The translations under genes were made by a program, and so were the position numbers. This document shows, piece after piece, positions 21,484-31,389 of a DNA stretch of 64,000 bases. Source of the stretch: Candidatus Moraniibacteriota bacterium (GTDB lineage Bacteria > Patescibacteriota > Minisyncoccia > Moranbacterales > GCA-2747515); NCBI GenBank assembly GCA_046116545.1, contig CP175956.1:513734-577733 (forward strand), written 5' to 3'. Position 1 is the first letter of the stretch; the number at the start of each line of letters is the position of its first letter. The notes beneath the pieces are model-generated. The model saw nothing but the letters and a program-made list of their open reading frames with translations, ran no database searches and had not been told where the DNA came from.

Positions 21484-22029
21484 TTAAGTGGATGTGGCGT
21501 GAGTAGGGGACTTCTTTTTAATCTGAGCCATTATATAGCTTTTTGTTTTATAAGGGTCTCCTACAGAGCGAAATATAAAGTTTGATTGTTCTGCTGCTGT
21601 TTGTACTGTTACATCGCCATAATTTAGGATTGTTTGAAAAAATCCCTTAACATCTGTTGAAACATCTTGGACATGATTGTATTTTAATTCACTCACTTGT
21701 CGTGAAAACAACCCTTTTTGTTCTACGTTTACTATTCTGTCTGTAGTTATTATCCAGATATCTAAATAATAATCAAACCATATTATAAATCCATAAATCC
21801 AAATAAGCAGTAGGAAAAATGTTTGCAAAAAGAAAAATAGTGTTTTGCCACCACCACCTGCAAAATCTTCGAATATATAGGGGTACATTATCGTGCTTAT
21901 TGCCATGAGTGTTAGGAGTCCAAATATTGGAATATATTGGACAAACATATTAAACCAATGTCTGTGTATTATGTGTAGAATTTTTTCATCAGAATGTTGA
22001 GCTGAAAAATAAAAATCAAGGGATTTCAT
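21484..22029 (-). CDS. Membrane protein with bacterial PH domain
   Basis: Two TMs then YYLDIWIITTDRIV..EQKGLF, NYGDVTVQTA. Confidence 0.8.
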   Translation of the reverse strand: MKSLDFYFSAQHSDEKILHIIHRHWFNMFVQYIPIFGLLTLMAISTIMYPYIFEDFAGGGGKTLFFFLQTFFLLLIWIYGFIIWFDYYLDIWIITTDRIVNVEQKGLFSRQVSELKYNHVQDVSTDVKGFFQTILNYGDVTVQTAAEQSNFIFRSVGDPYKTKSYIMAQIKKKSPTHATST

Positions 22030-22034
22030 AATAT

Positions 22035-22262
22035 TTAGTAGTAAAGATTATTATTATAAAACAAATCATTAAATGGAACATTTAAAAACAGAATTACATT
22101 TGCGAGAACTAATGTAATAGTGACAACTATATAAACTGTTATTAAGGGTGTTGTGAATTTAGGATTTATGGAATATTTTTGTAGTCTAGTTATTATGAAA
22201 AAGCTAGCAAAAACAACTGCTAAAATAAACATAAAATAAAGTATAGCAAAGAGTACTAGCAT
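22035..22262 (-). CDS. Small two-TM membrane protein
   Basis: Two hydrophobic helices; start overlaps ruvB stop. Confidence 0.7.
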   Translation of the reverse strand: MLVLFAILYFMFILAVVFASFFIITRLQKYSINPKFTTPLITVYIVVTITLVLANVILFLNVPFNDLFYNNNLYY

Positions 22263-23290
22263 AATTTTTTATTTAATTTTTCATAAGCGTATTCTGTAAC
22301 TACTCTACCACGAGGTGATCTAGCCAGGAAGCCTTGCTGCATTAGATATGGTTCATAGACATCCTCAATAGTTTGAACTTCTTCAGATAGAGCATTTGCA
22401 ATAGTAGAAACTCCTACAGGACCACCATCAAATTTATCTATAATTAGATTTAAGAATTCTCTGTCAGTTGGCTCTAACCCATGTTCGTCAATATCTAACA
22501 TGTCTAGAGTTTTATTAGCAACTATTTTATCAATTGAATCAATATCATGAACGTCAGCCCAATCCCGAGATCTCTTTAGAAGTCTATTTGCAATTCTAGG
22601 TGTTTGTCTGGCTGACCTTGCAATACAAGCTGCTCCCTCGGCGTCTATCTCACATTCTAGTATGGAAGCACTTCTTTTAATAATACTTTCTATATCATCT
22701 TGATTATAAAATTCTAATCTGTGAGTCACTCCAAACCGGTCTCTAAGTGGACCAGTAAGGGAGCCCATGCGTGTTGTTGCACCAATAAGCGTAAACTTAG
22801 GTAAATCAATTTGAAGAGCCTGAGCACTCGGTCCCTTTCCAACAACGAGGTCTAATTTGTGATCCTCCATAGCAGGATAAAGTACTTCTTCAACAGATTT
22901 ATTTAGTCTATGAATTTCATCTATAAATAACACGTCGCCATCTTGCATATTTGTGAGAATTGATCCAAGATCACCAACTCGTTCAATTGCTGGGCCAGAT
23001 GTTGTTTTAATATTTACGTTCATTTCTCTGGCAATGATATTAGCGAGTGTGGTTTTACCAAGTCCTGGGGGGCCATATAATAAAACATGTTCAAGTGGTT
23101 CGCCTCGTTTTTTTGCAGCAGCTAAAAATATTTTTAATTGTTTTTTGATTTTCTCTTGTCCAACATAATCTTCTAATTGTTGAGGTCTTAGAGTGTAATT
23201 AATGCTAAATTCACTAGAAGTTGATTCATCATCTAAATCTATTTTGTCATTTTGTACTTCTGGATCCTGCTCGTGAGTTATTAGTGTCAT
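22256..23290 (-). CDS. ruvB: Holliday junction helicase RuvB
   Basis: [31 protein letters not shown]. Confidence 0.98.
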   Translation of the reverse strand: MTLITHEQDPEVQNDKIDLDDESTSSEFSINYTLRPQQLEDYVGQEKIKKQLKIFLAAAKKRGEPLEHVLLYGPPGLGKTTLANIIAREMNVNIKTTSGPAIERVGDLGSILTNMQDGDVLFIDEIHRLNKSVEEVLYPAMEDHKLDLVVGKGPSAQALQIDLPKFTLIGATTRMGSLTGPLRDRFGVTHRLEFYNQDDIESIIKRSASILECEIDAEGAACIARSARQTPRIANRLLKRSRDWADVHDIDSIDKIVANKTLDMLDIDEHGLEPTDREFLNLIIDKFDGGPVGVSTIANALSEEVQTIEDVYEPYLMQQGFLARSPRGRVVTEYAYEKLNKKLC

Positions 23291-23354
23291 AATAGATTTT
23301 TTAGATTAATATGAAAGTTTTTTCTTTCCCTTGCGTAATATATTGTAGCACTAC

Positions 23355-23383
23355 TTGACAAGATTTCAAAGGTGTGCTAAAGT
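23355..23383 (+). promoter_or_regulatory. Sigma70 promoter driving a transcript with no long ORF
   Basis: TTGACA (23355-60), 17 bp spacer, TG.TAAAGT (23378-83). Confidence 0.7.
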
Positions 23384-23389
23384 AGTAAG

Positions 23390-23700
23390 TCGAGTAAGGA
23401 AGTCTTCAAAAAGCTTTATTTCGACACAATTTTATAGGTTGCTTTTAAAATTTGATATTTTTATGTCTGTAGGCATATTATGGGCTTTACTATCTTTTAA
23501 GCTCATACGGAAGTTATAATCCAGATCGGGTTCTTGTGGTTTCGGCTGCGGCTCTCCTCGATTTCTCTTCTCCCCGCATGAGTCATTGACCTTGCGGGTA
23601 TGCTGCCTACGGTTTTACCTAGGTTAGATGATTGTCTGCAGGCATAAAAATATCAAAACTAATATAAAAAACCTCTAGAGATAATTCTGGAGGTTTTTAT
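23390..23700 (+). ncRNA. Putative structured ncRNA, family unassigned
   Basis: 25-bp closing stem 23451-23475/23633-23657 with three G-U pairs valid only on + strand, GC-rich internal hairpins, own promoter and terminator (23666-23704). Confidence 0.65.
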
Positions 23701-23711
23701 TTTTGTGGCCA

Positions 23712-26700
23712 TTATAGCGTCGTAACTCGCTTTACTTCTTCTAGTGTTGTTATGCCTTCGAGTGCTTTGAGAATTGCATCTTGTTCCATTGTGAGCATTC
23801 CATTTTCGACGGCTTTTTTCTTGATGTCTGGTGCTAATGATCCGTGAGCTATCATTTCTCGTAAATCATCATCCATTATAAATATTTCACTAATAACTGT
23901 TCTTCCTTTATAGCCAATTCCATTGCACTCCTCACATTTTCCAGGAGTATATAATTTGTCTTGTTGTGGTTGTTCTATTGTTACTTTTGGAGAAATACTT
24001 TCTAAAACGTTTGTAATTATTGATTTGTCAGTTTCAGATATAGGGGTTTCTATTTTACAACTACATAGTACACGGACAAGTCGTTGCGCGATAAACGCAT
24101 TTGTTGCGGTTGTGAGATCATCAGTGCTAACGCCTAGATTTATAAGTCTTTGAATTGCGCCGACAGCATCATTTGTATGTAGTGAAGATATAAGTAGATG
24201 TCCTGTAAGAGCCGCATTAATAGCAGTTGTGGCAGTTTCATCATCACGAATCTCACCAACTAACAAGATGTCAGGATCTTGACGTAATAGAGCTCGGAGA
24301 GCATTGCCAAATGTATAACCAGCTTCTTTGTCTATCTGCGTTTGCAATATGCCATCCAGTTGATATTCAATTGGATTTTCAATTGTAATAATTTTTATAT
24401 CGGGACTACTTATTTCACTTAGCACACTATAAAGAGTAGTTGTTTTACCAGAGCCAGTTGGTCCAGTATTCAACACTACACCATAAGGTTTTGTGACTTG
24501 AGACATTATTCTGTCTAGATTATATTTACGAATTCCTATTGAATGAATATCAAGATTAACGTTATCTCTATTTAACAGTCTAAGTACAATTGTTTCACCA
24601 TAACCTCCAACAATAATTGAAACACGAACATCAACATTTAATTCTGTTTCATCTTCTTTTTCATAATTAATACGAAAACGACTGTCAGAGACACCTTGAC
24701 GTATTGTTGTTGGGATATCACTTATGATTTTTACTTTACTTAATAACAGTGGGTAGCTCATAAGAGGTATTTTGGTGATTGATTGAAGTACTCCATCAAC
24801 ACGCATTCTGATATCAACATATTCTTCTTGAGGTTCTATGTGAATATCACTAGATTTAAGAATTGCTCCATAAGACAGTATTGTAGGAAGCATATCTTTG
24901 TCCTCAGTATCATTGATTGTTTTATTCATCTCATCAAAGTTGCCAGCATTTTCTTCAGCTAGTTTTTGTAGGGAGTATTTAACGAAAATACCACGAGATA
25001 GTGACTGAGACATTAGGTCATCATATAATGATTCGATTAATTCACCTTCGGTTGTAACTCGCATAACCTCTTCAATCGTAGTAACTCCTTCAAGTGCTTT
25101 TAGAACACCATCTTGCGTCATTGTTACGAAGCCTTCTTCGATAGCTTCTTTCATCATGTCGGTTTCACTGGCTAAGTCTAAAATAAGTTGTTCAATTTTA
25201 TTAGACATTGTTAGTATTTCAAAAATACCTATACGTCCTTTATATCCAGTTCCATGACATTTATCACAGCCAATAGCACGATAAATCTCCTTTATTTCTT
25301 TTGGAACAGTTAGCTTTGCCTTTGGAGAAATTAGTGAAATCATTTTCATGAAAGTGTTTTTTGTTTCTTGGGCTGGCTCATAAGATTCTTTGCAGTGTTC
25401 ACATAGAGTTCGTACAAGTCGTTGGGCCATGAAAATATTTGTTGCAGAAGGAATGAGCGTAGGCTTAACACCTAACTCCATCAATCTAGGGACAGTTGCA
25501 ATGGCATTATTTGTATGAAGTGTTGAAAGTACAAGATGTCCAGTTAGGGCAGCATTGATAGCCACATCAGCAGTTTCATCATCACGAATCTCACCAACTA
25601 ATACAACATCCGGATCTTGACGCACAACAGCGCGTAATCCCTTGGAAAATGTATAACCACGATCCTTTGCTACTTGAGTCTGTGATATTCCATCTAGTTG
25701 ATATTCAATAGGGTCTTCAATTGTAATAATTTTTGTTTCTGGAGTTTTAATATGATTTATTAGTGTGTATAGGGTTGTTGTCTTACCAGAACCAGTTGGT
25801 CCAGTTGTGAGTAGCATTCCAGCATTCTTAGCAATATTTTTTTGAATATCTTCAAATGCTTTCCCCTTTAATCCGAGGCTATTAATATCAACGGTAACAC
25901 TATCACTTCGCAAAAGTCGCATCACGAGACCTTCAAATTGTTTCCCAGGAATGGTAGATACACGAACATCAACACGTGTTTCAGGATTTAGCATAAATTC
26001 AAAATGTCCATCTTGTGCAAGATCACGTACATTTATTTTCATTTTACTCATTAACTTGATACGGTTGATGAGTAATTGATAGACATGTTCAGGTATCTCA
26101 ACAATTTTTTGTAAGACACCGTCGATACGATAACGTATGCGAACTGTTTCTCTCTGAGGCTCTATGTGAACATCACTAGCTCCAAGCTTTAATGCACCAG
26201 AAAATAGAATATTTAAAATTTCAGTAGTTGGTAAGGCATCAGCATTATCTTTTAGTTTTAATAATTTTCCAAGACTATCTTCAAAGGCTTCTAAATCCTC
26301 TCCTTCAAGAGTTAGTCGCATGGTATCAATGGAGTCTATAAAATACGCAGTTTTATATTGTCGCAATAATTTATCTTTAGAGGCTTCTGATATTACAAAT
26401 AATTCAGTTTGCCAGCCCTGCCGTGTTTCAAAGTCAGTTATAAAATCTTGCAATGTAGTGCTTTCAGGTGTAGAAGTTGCTAATTTTAACATTTTTCCAA
26501 TACGATGAAATACAAAAATATTATATTTTTTTGCATCATCTTCTGAAATTATAGACACATCTTCGTTGGCAACAGGTATAATATTTAAATCAATATAAGG
26601 AAGCTCAGCTTTTTTTGCTTTTCGTACAGCAAAATCTTCTTCACCTTTAGATTTGAGTTGTTTTAGTGTGCGATCAGTTTCTTTTGCATGCAAAGCATCA

Positions 26701-26735
26701 GTATTTCCTTTGTGTTGTTTTATTTTTATAACCAT
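23712..26735 (-). CDS. Type IV pilus/T2SS assembly ATPase (PilB/GspE) with two complete ATPase modules
   Basis: Two copies each of SD(V/I)HIEP, GPTGSGKT, LVGEIRD, TGHL..S.LH, AQRLVR and Cys zinc motifs. Confidence 0.93.
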   Translation of the reverse strand: MVIKIKQHKGNTDALHAKETDRTLKQLKSKGEEDFAVRKAKKAELPYIDLNIIPVANEDVSIISEDDAKKYNIFVFHRIGKMLKLATSTPESTTLQDFITDFETRQGWQTELFVISEASKDKLLRQYKTAYFIDSIDTMRLTLEGEDLEAFEDSLGKLLKLKDNADALPTTEILNILFSGALKLGASDVHIEPQRETVRIRYRIDGVLQKIVEIPEHVYQLLINRIKLMSKMKINVRDLAQDGHFEFMLNPETRVDVRVSTIPGKQFEGLVMRLLRSDSVTVDINSLGLKGKAFEDIQKNIAKNAGMLLTTGPTGSGKTTTLYTLINHIKTPETKIITIEDPIEYQLDGISQTQVAKDRGYTFSKGLRAVVRQDPDVVLVGEIRDDETADVAINAALTGHLVLSTLHTNNAIATVPRLMELGVKPTLIPSATNIFMAQRLVRTLCEHCKESYEPAQETKNTFMKMISLISPKAKLTVPKEIKEIYRAIGCDKCHGTGYKGRIGIFEILTMSNKIEQLILDLASETDMMKEAIEEGFVTMTQDGVLKALEGVTTIEEVMRVTTEGELIESLYDDLMSQSLSRGIFVKYSLQKLAEENAGNFDEMNKTINDTEDKDMLPTILSYGAILKSSDIHIEPQEEYVDIRMRVDGVLQSITKIPLMSYPLLLSKVKIISDIPTTIRQGVSDSRFRINYEKEDETELNVDVRVSIIVGGYGETIVLRLLNRDNVNLDIHSIGIRKYNLDRIMSQVTKPYGVVLNTGPTGSGKTTTLYSVLSEISSPDIKIITIENPIEYQLDGILQTQIDKEAGYTFGNALRALLRQDPDILLVGEIRDDETATTAINAALTGHLLISSLHTNDAVGAIQRLINLGVSTDDLTTATNAFIAQRLVRVLCSCKIETPISETDKSIITNVLESISPKVTIEQPQQDKLYTPGKCEECNGIGYKGRTVISEIFIMDDDLREMIAHGSLAPDIKKKAVENGMLTMEQDAILKALEGITTLEEVKRVTTL

Positions 26736-26878
26736 ATTTTTTGATTGTCTATTTATATCTTTAAAAAGTTATAAATAGCTTATTTATTTTATTTTAGTAT
26801 ATCATTTTATCTGTGTATTTGAAAGAAAAACTCATCTTTTTAGGATGAGTTTTTTTGATTTATATATATTTGTAAAAG

Positions 26879-28036
26879 TTATTTTATTTGTTTTGTGTAT
26901 GGAGCTAATATACTGCAAATCTCTTTTGTTGCAGTAGGTATTGTTGTTGAGGCGAGGGGTAGTCTATAAGTCTTATTTGGAAGTTCTGAAATATTTTTAA
27001 TATCAGATTTATCTAAGTTTATATTAGATCTTTTCATATCAATAAGTGCGATTAATTTAGCCTTTTCATTTTCGTAAAATAAGATGAAGATTTGTCCTGA
27101 TGGATAATTTTCTTTCATTTTTTCTAAGATGGAATAAATATGATGCTTTTTAGCCTCAGTTTGTTCAATGTCTTTGTATGTAAGTGATGAAATGACAGTT
27201 TTTTCATTGTACTTTGATGTCGTAAAATTTTTCATAGCACGACCCCAAAGTTTCAATAGTGAAAAGGGAAGGTTTCTGTATAAATTTTGAATTATTGTTT
27301 GTTGACTTGCTCCAAGCTCTATTAATTTACTAGATAATGTCATGGATTTTGGAGTTGTTTTATTATTTTGAAAGCTGTGTGTTTCACTTATTATTCCAGT
27401 CAATAAACATTGAGCACAATCTTTTGATAAATTATCTTTTTGAAGTTGTTCAAAAATTTCAGCAACCACTTCAGATATAGAAGAAGCAATGTTACTAACA
27501 ATGTTGACTTGTCCAAATTGTTCATTTGAGCTTTTATTGTCTATATTAATAATGGGTAGTTCATAAAAAATATCAGGTATTTCTTCATACAATTTGCCCA
27601 TAGATTCTTTATCAGTTGCTCCAAGTGTAATAATTACATCAAATGGAAATTTGCCAGGTAAAAAAGAAAAATCACGTGAATCCACCATGCCTTTTTCAGG
27701 TGTTACGTATATTTTTAATTCTTCATTTAGGACTTCTGTTTTTACATCTAGAATTTTATTGTATTTTGTATTGAAAGATAGGATTAAATCACGAGTTCCA
27801 GATATTGAATGTGTAATTTTAGTACTAGTTGGTTTAGGTAAAAAACTAAAAAGTGAAATTTGTTCATAAGGGTCATTAAATGCGATTGTGGTTTTGATAC
27901 TTTTGAAGTCACAAAAATGAGCTATCGCAAGTGCTGCAGAAAACTGGTCACCTCTTGGATTTTCTGGAAGTAAAACTAAAACATGTTCACTATCAGTCAC
28001 AAGCTTTTCAAATTGTCTGATTTCCGATTTCGGCAT
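26879..28036 (-). CDS. DHH/NrnA-like phosphoesterase homolog, catalytic motifs degenerate
   Basis: ENPRGD, INIDNK (in place of IDHH), LLTGIISET.SF; start reassigned to ATG 28036 (MPKSE). Confidence 0.75.
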   Translation of the reverse strand: MPKSEIRQFEKLVTDSEHVLVLLPENPRGDQFSAALAIAHFCDFKSIKTTIAFNDPYEQISLFSFLPKPTSTKITHSISGTRDLILSFNTKYNKILDVKTEVLNEELKIYVTPEKGMVDSRDFSFLPGKFPFDVIITLGATDKESMGKLYEEIPDIFYELPIINIDNKSSNEQFGQVNIVSNIASSISEVVAEIFEQLQKDNLSKDCAQCLLTGIISETHSFQNNKTTPKSMTLSSKLIELGASQQTIIQNLYRNLPFSLLKLWGRAMKNFTTSKYNEKTVISSLTYKDIEQTEAKKHHIYSILEKMKENYPSGQIFILFYENEKAKLIALIDMKRSNINLDKSDIKNISELPNKTYRLPLASTTIPTATKEICSILAPYTKQIK

Positions 28037-28226
28037 GAGCGAATTTTTTCTTAACAGTTGATAGTGAACATTAGCAATACAAAAAGAAATTGTCAATGAA
28101 TTTTGAAAATCTTAGAAAAGTACTCAATCGAATTGATTGACTTGGGATTAAAAAAATGATACATTTTTTTAATTAGTAAGTTCTTTGTAAAGATAGATTA
28201 AGTTTTTTCAAAAGGAGATTAATTTA

Positions 28227-28571
28227 ATGAATTTTTCAGTATCAGTGCAAAAAATAATAGCATTGCTGTCACTTTATGTGGAGGGCTACGTATTCGTTTG
28301 GGTATTAAATCATTTTTTTACATTACCAATTAGTAGTAGCATTGTGTATTTTATTGTTTTGCAATTTGGGGTTGTGTGGTTTGGTATTTTTGCCATAGCA
28401 ATTGCAGATGCGTATGATACAAGAAATAAAACATTGGATAACCTGTTTTATGGTCAAAAAGTAATTGTGGGAGGACCTAATTTTTTCATCGGAATTTTTG
28501 GTACAATAGCATGTATAATAGCTTTTCCTATGTTAATTATTTTGACTAATCTAAATTATGGAAAATCCTAG
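28227..28571 (+). CDS. Hypothetical three-TM membrane protein
   Basis: Promoter TTGACT-17-TACATT, SD AAGGAG, hydrophobic ORF. Confidence 0.7.
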   Translation: MNFSVSVQKIIALLSLYVEGYVFVWVLNHFFTLPISSSIVYFIVLQFGVVWFGIFAIAIADAYDTRNKTLDNLFYGQKVIVGGPNFFIGIFGTIACIIAFPMLIILTNLNYGKS

Positions 28572-28753
28572 GGGTTTATTTTAGAGTGATGTTTATATAT
28601 AAACATCACTCTTTTAAATTATTTTATTCTAGTGTCACCAGAAGTTATTTTAGAAATATCATTATATTACAAAAAAAATAAAAAAGGAGAAAGTAAATTT
28701 ACATTCTCCTTTTTAAAATTGTAGTATTTGAAGTTTTCAAAAAATGATTATTT

Positions 28754-28912
28754 TTAGCGGCTTATAAAAAGAGATTCCTTTATAAAAATCCTTTTTGGTG
28801 GAGCTACAGTAGGTGCCTGTATACAGAATCTATGTTGCTTCATGAATCTGTCACTATTGGACAAAATTGCTGCAAGATTAATCTTTGTTAAATCTAATTT
28901 TGCTTTTTTCAT
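28754..28912 (-). CDS. Small hypothetical protein (52 aa)
   Basis: Manual: MKKAKLDLTKINLAAILSNSDRFMKQHRFCIQAPTVAPPKRIFIKESLFISR*, with GGAG SD upstream. Confidence 0.5.
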   Translation of the reverse strand: MKKAKLDLTKINLAAILSNSDRFMKQHRFCIQAPTVAPPKRIFIKESLFISR

Positions 28913-29043
28913 CAAGCTTCTCCCATATGTTGAAATTTATTCAAATGTTTTTAATAAACTAATCTACATTTATAATAGTTGGAAAATGAAGAAAACTCAA
29001 GAAATAATTGATTCTTTTGTAAAAATATCGTATTCTACAGGAG

Positions 29044-29505
29044 ATGAAAAATGCAACAACAGGCACAATAGAACAAACATATGAATTAGCTAGTGATTTT
29101 GTGAAAGAAATGGTTAATGGTGGTTTTTTAGTGTGTTTAGATGGTGATTTAGGTGCAGGTAAAACTACATTTACACAAGGTATTTTAAAAGAATTTGAAG
29201 CTCAGGGACCGTATACATCACCGACATTCAATATTATCAAAGAATATGATGTTAATAAATATGGTATTGAAAAAATTTATCACATAGATGCGTATAGAAT
29301 AGGTAGTGATGATATGGAACTCATAGGTTGGAGTGATATCATAGAAAATGATAAAGCACTTATTGTCATAGAGTGGCCAGAAAATGTCAGTGAAATATTG
29401 CCACAAAATAAATTCGTGATATCATGTGAATGGGTAAGTGAAAATGAAAGAAAATATAATTTTAACAGTGTCATTGCGAGGAGGCACAACGAAGCAATCT
29501 CGTAA
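29044..29505 (+). CDS. tsaE: tRNA threonylcarbamoyladenosine biosynthesis ATPase TsaE
   Basis: GDLGAGKTT, SPTF, YHIDAYR, IEWPE. Confidence 0.96.
   Translation: MKNATTGTIEQTYELASDFVKEMVNGGFLVCLDGDLGAGKTTFTQGILKEFEAQGPYTSPTFNIIKEYDVNKYGIEKIYHIDAYRIGSDDMELIGWSDIIENDKALIVIEWPENVSEILPQNKFVISCEWVSENERKYNFNSVIARRHNEAIS
29469..29501 (+). repeat. Half copy of GTCATTGCGAG palindromic element, forming the tsaE C-terminus
   Basis: TGTCATTGCGAGGAGGCACAACGAAGCAATCTC matches the left arm of the element at 51017. Confidence 0.75.
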
Positions 29506-29523
29506 AGAACAAAAAACAATAAT

Positions 29524-30306
29524 ATGAAAAAACCAATAGGAGTAGCACTCAGCTGCTGTGCATTTCTAGTATTGACGGGATGTCAGCAAGATAGTCAAAT
29601 AGCAAATAAACAAGCGCAACAGACCGAAAAAGCAAAGGGATATGTGAAAACATTGACTGATATAAATACGGAAGCAAAAAAGAATTTAGAAGATGCTGTA
29701 AATAAAGAAAATGATAAACTAGAAAAGGCACTAGAAGACACAATAGGAAAAGGAGACGTTGCAAATAAAGTAAATAATAATTCACAACAATCAAAAACTA
29801 TGGATAATATACCCCAGCAAATTAATATGGAATTTGCACAAACATGTAAAAGTGCAACATTAAAAACTAACAAAGGAGACATAACGATTAAATTTTATAA
29901 TGAAGACGCACCAGTAGCAGTTGCAAACTTCTGTACAATTTCAGATAAAGGTGATTATGATAATGTGGTTTTTCATAGAGTTATTAAGGATTTCATGATT
30001 CAAGGTGGTGATCCTGATGGGACAGGATTTGGAGGACCTGATTATAAGTTTGGTGATGAAATTCACTCAAATAACAAAAATAACGTAGGAACAATTGCGC
30101 TAGCAAATAGTGGACCAGGTACAAATGGTAGTCAATTTTTTATCAATACAGCACCAAATAATTTTCTAGATACAAAACACACAGTATTTGGTGAAGTTAC
30201 AGGAGGTATGGATGTTGTAACTACAATCGAAGAAGTAGAAGTAGGAGCACAAGATAAACCAGTTGAAGATGTGATTATTGAAAGTGTAGTATTGGTGAAA
30301 GAATAA
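29524..30306 (+). CDS. Cyclophilin-type peptidyl-prolyl isomerase, lipoprotein
   Basis: Lipobox LTGC; FHRVIKDFMIQGGDP, NGSQFFI, HTVFGEV. Confidence 0.95.
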   Translation: MKKPIGVALSCCAFLVLTGCQQDSQIANKQAQQTEKAKGYVKTLTDINTEAKKNLEDAVNKENDKLEKALEDTIGKGDVANKVNNNSQQSKTMDNIPQQINMEFAQTCKSATLKTNKGDITIKFYNEDAPVAVANFCTISDKGDYDNVVFHRVIKDFMIQGGDPDGTGFGGPDYKFGDEIHSNNKNNVGTIALANSGPGTNGSQFFINTAPNNFLDTKHTVFGEVTGGMDVVTTIEEVEVGAQDKPVEDVIIESVVLVKE

Positions 30307-30331
30307 ATGTTGTACAAAATATGAGAATTTT

Positions 30332-30358
30332 GTAGTGGACGGTCATGACCGTCCACTA
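30332..30358. repeat. GTAG-type REP palindrome
   Basis: Perfect 26-bp palindrome TAGTGGACGGTCATGACCGTCCACTA. Confidence 0.7.
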
Positions 30359-30529
30359 TTTTTGATTTTAATAATGTCGTTAAATGGATTAGTCCAGTGT
30401 ATTGGTATGCATGATATCTAAATAAAAAAGCCTTGACAAAACCTCTATTTTACTACATAATAGAGGCAAATAAAAGCTTCAAATTAAAGATGTATTTTTA
30501 GTAAGAATATTATTATTTATTACAATATT

Positions 30530-31006
30530 ATGAATATAATTGATAAAATCACAGGGATGATCTTTGGATTATTTGGGTCAATTATTGCAGGTTTTTGCGT
30601 ATCTCTAATAACATCCTTTTTAACAGACAATCAGTGGACTATATTATTAGCAGGTTTCATCATTGGAGTAACTAGTAGTTTTGCAAATGCATTTGGTCCT
30701 TTGGTATCTAGTTCACAAGTCTTAAGTGATAAAATTTATTCCAAAAGAGACATGGAGCAGGCAGTGGCATCATTTCTATTAACTTTTGTTGTGGTAAGTC
30801 TTCCGTTATTTCCTTATATATTAGTAAATGATCTAGTACTAGCTCGTATGATTTCTGTTATGACAGGATTAGTTTTACTATTTATTTTTGGAGTACAACA
30901 TGCTCAGTTGAAGCATTACTCACCATTACTATATGGATTCATGATGGTTGCTATAGGATTTGTTTCAGCATACATTTGTTCATATATTGCACATATTTTA
31001 ATGTAA
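30530..31006 (+). CDS. VIT1/CCC1-like membrane protein
   Basis: About five TMs; MIFG..G, SS.ANA.G, SFLL....LPLFPY, LLFIFG pattern. Confidence 0.55.
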   Translation: MNIIDKITGMIFGLFGSIIAGFCVSLITSFLTDNQWTILLAGFIIGVTSSFANAFGPLVSSSQVLSDKIYSKRDMEQAVASFLLTFVVVSLPLFPYILVNDLVLARMISVMTGLVLLFIFGVQHAQLKHYSPLLYGFMMVAIGFVSAYICSYIAHILM

Positions 31007-31104
31007 ATAAAAGCCCAGAGAAAAAGCCCACAAATATTAATTTAATATATGTGGGCTATATTTCTGTAAATTGTAATGTTATACAATAAGTCCATTAAAC
31101 GTTT

Positions 31105-31389
31105 TTACTCTGAACAGGTGTGTAACGACCCATCTTTTTTGAAATAAGGCACTATAGCATTGCCTGAAGGATTTCTACTAGCTTTGCCTACGCGCAAATA
31201 CTGAACATCATTTACACATAAGATTTCAAAATAAATGTTATCTCTCCTGTCCTTTCTAGTATCAGTAGGGTGTGAAATGCGAGTGCCTACGATGTGGGTT
31301 CGTCCTCTTATAATTTTTTCTTTTGAGTGACATTGAGTACTAATTAATATTAATACAATAGCAATAGATAAAACTATAATTTTTTTCAT
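31105..31389 (-). CDS. Hypothetical secreted protein
   Basis: MKKIIVLSIAIVLIL signal peptide; SD GAGGA; start reassigned to ATG 31389. Confidence 0.65.
   Translation of the reverse strand: MKKIIVLSIAIVLILISTQCHSKEKIIRGRTHIVGTRISHPTDTRKDRRDNIYFEILCVNDVQYLRVGKASRNPSGNAIVPYFKKDGSLHTCSE

Noticed and set aside
23451-23657. Retron msr-msd, RNase P RNA, SRP RNA or tmRNA
   Set aside because: No reverse transcriptase in the window; no GAGGAAAGUCC/P4, SRP GGAA-loop or tRNA-like ends on either strand.
28842-29084. 80-aa + strand ORF in the track
   Set aside because: Overlaps the tsaE promoter and start; the SD-led - strand ORF 28754-28912 is the better call.
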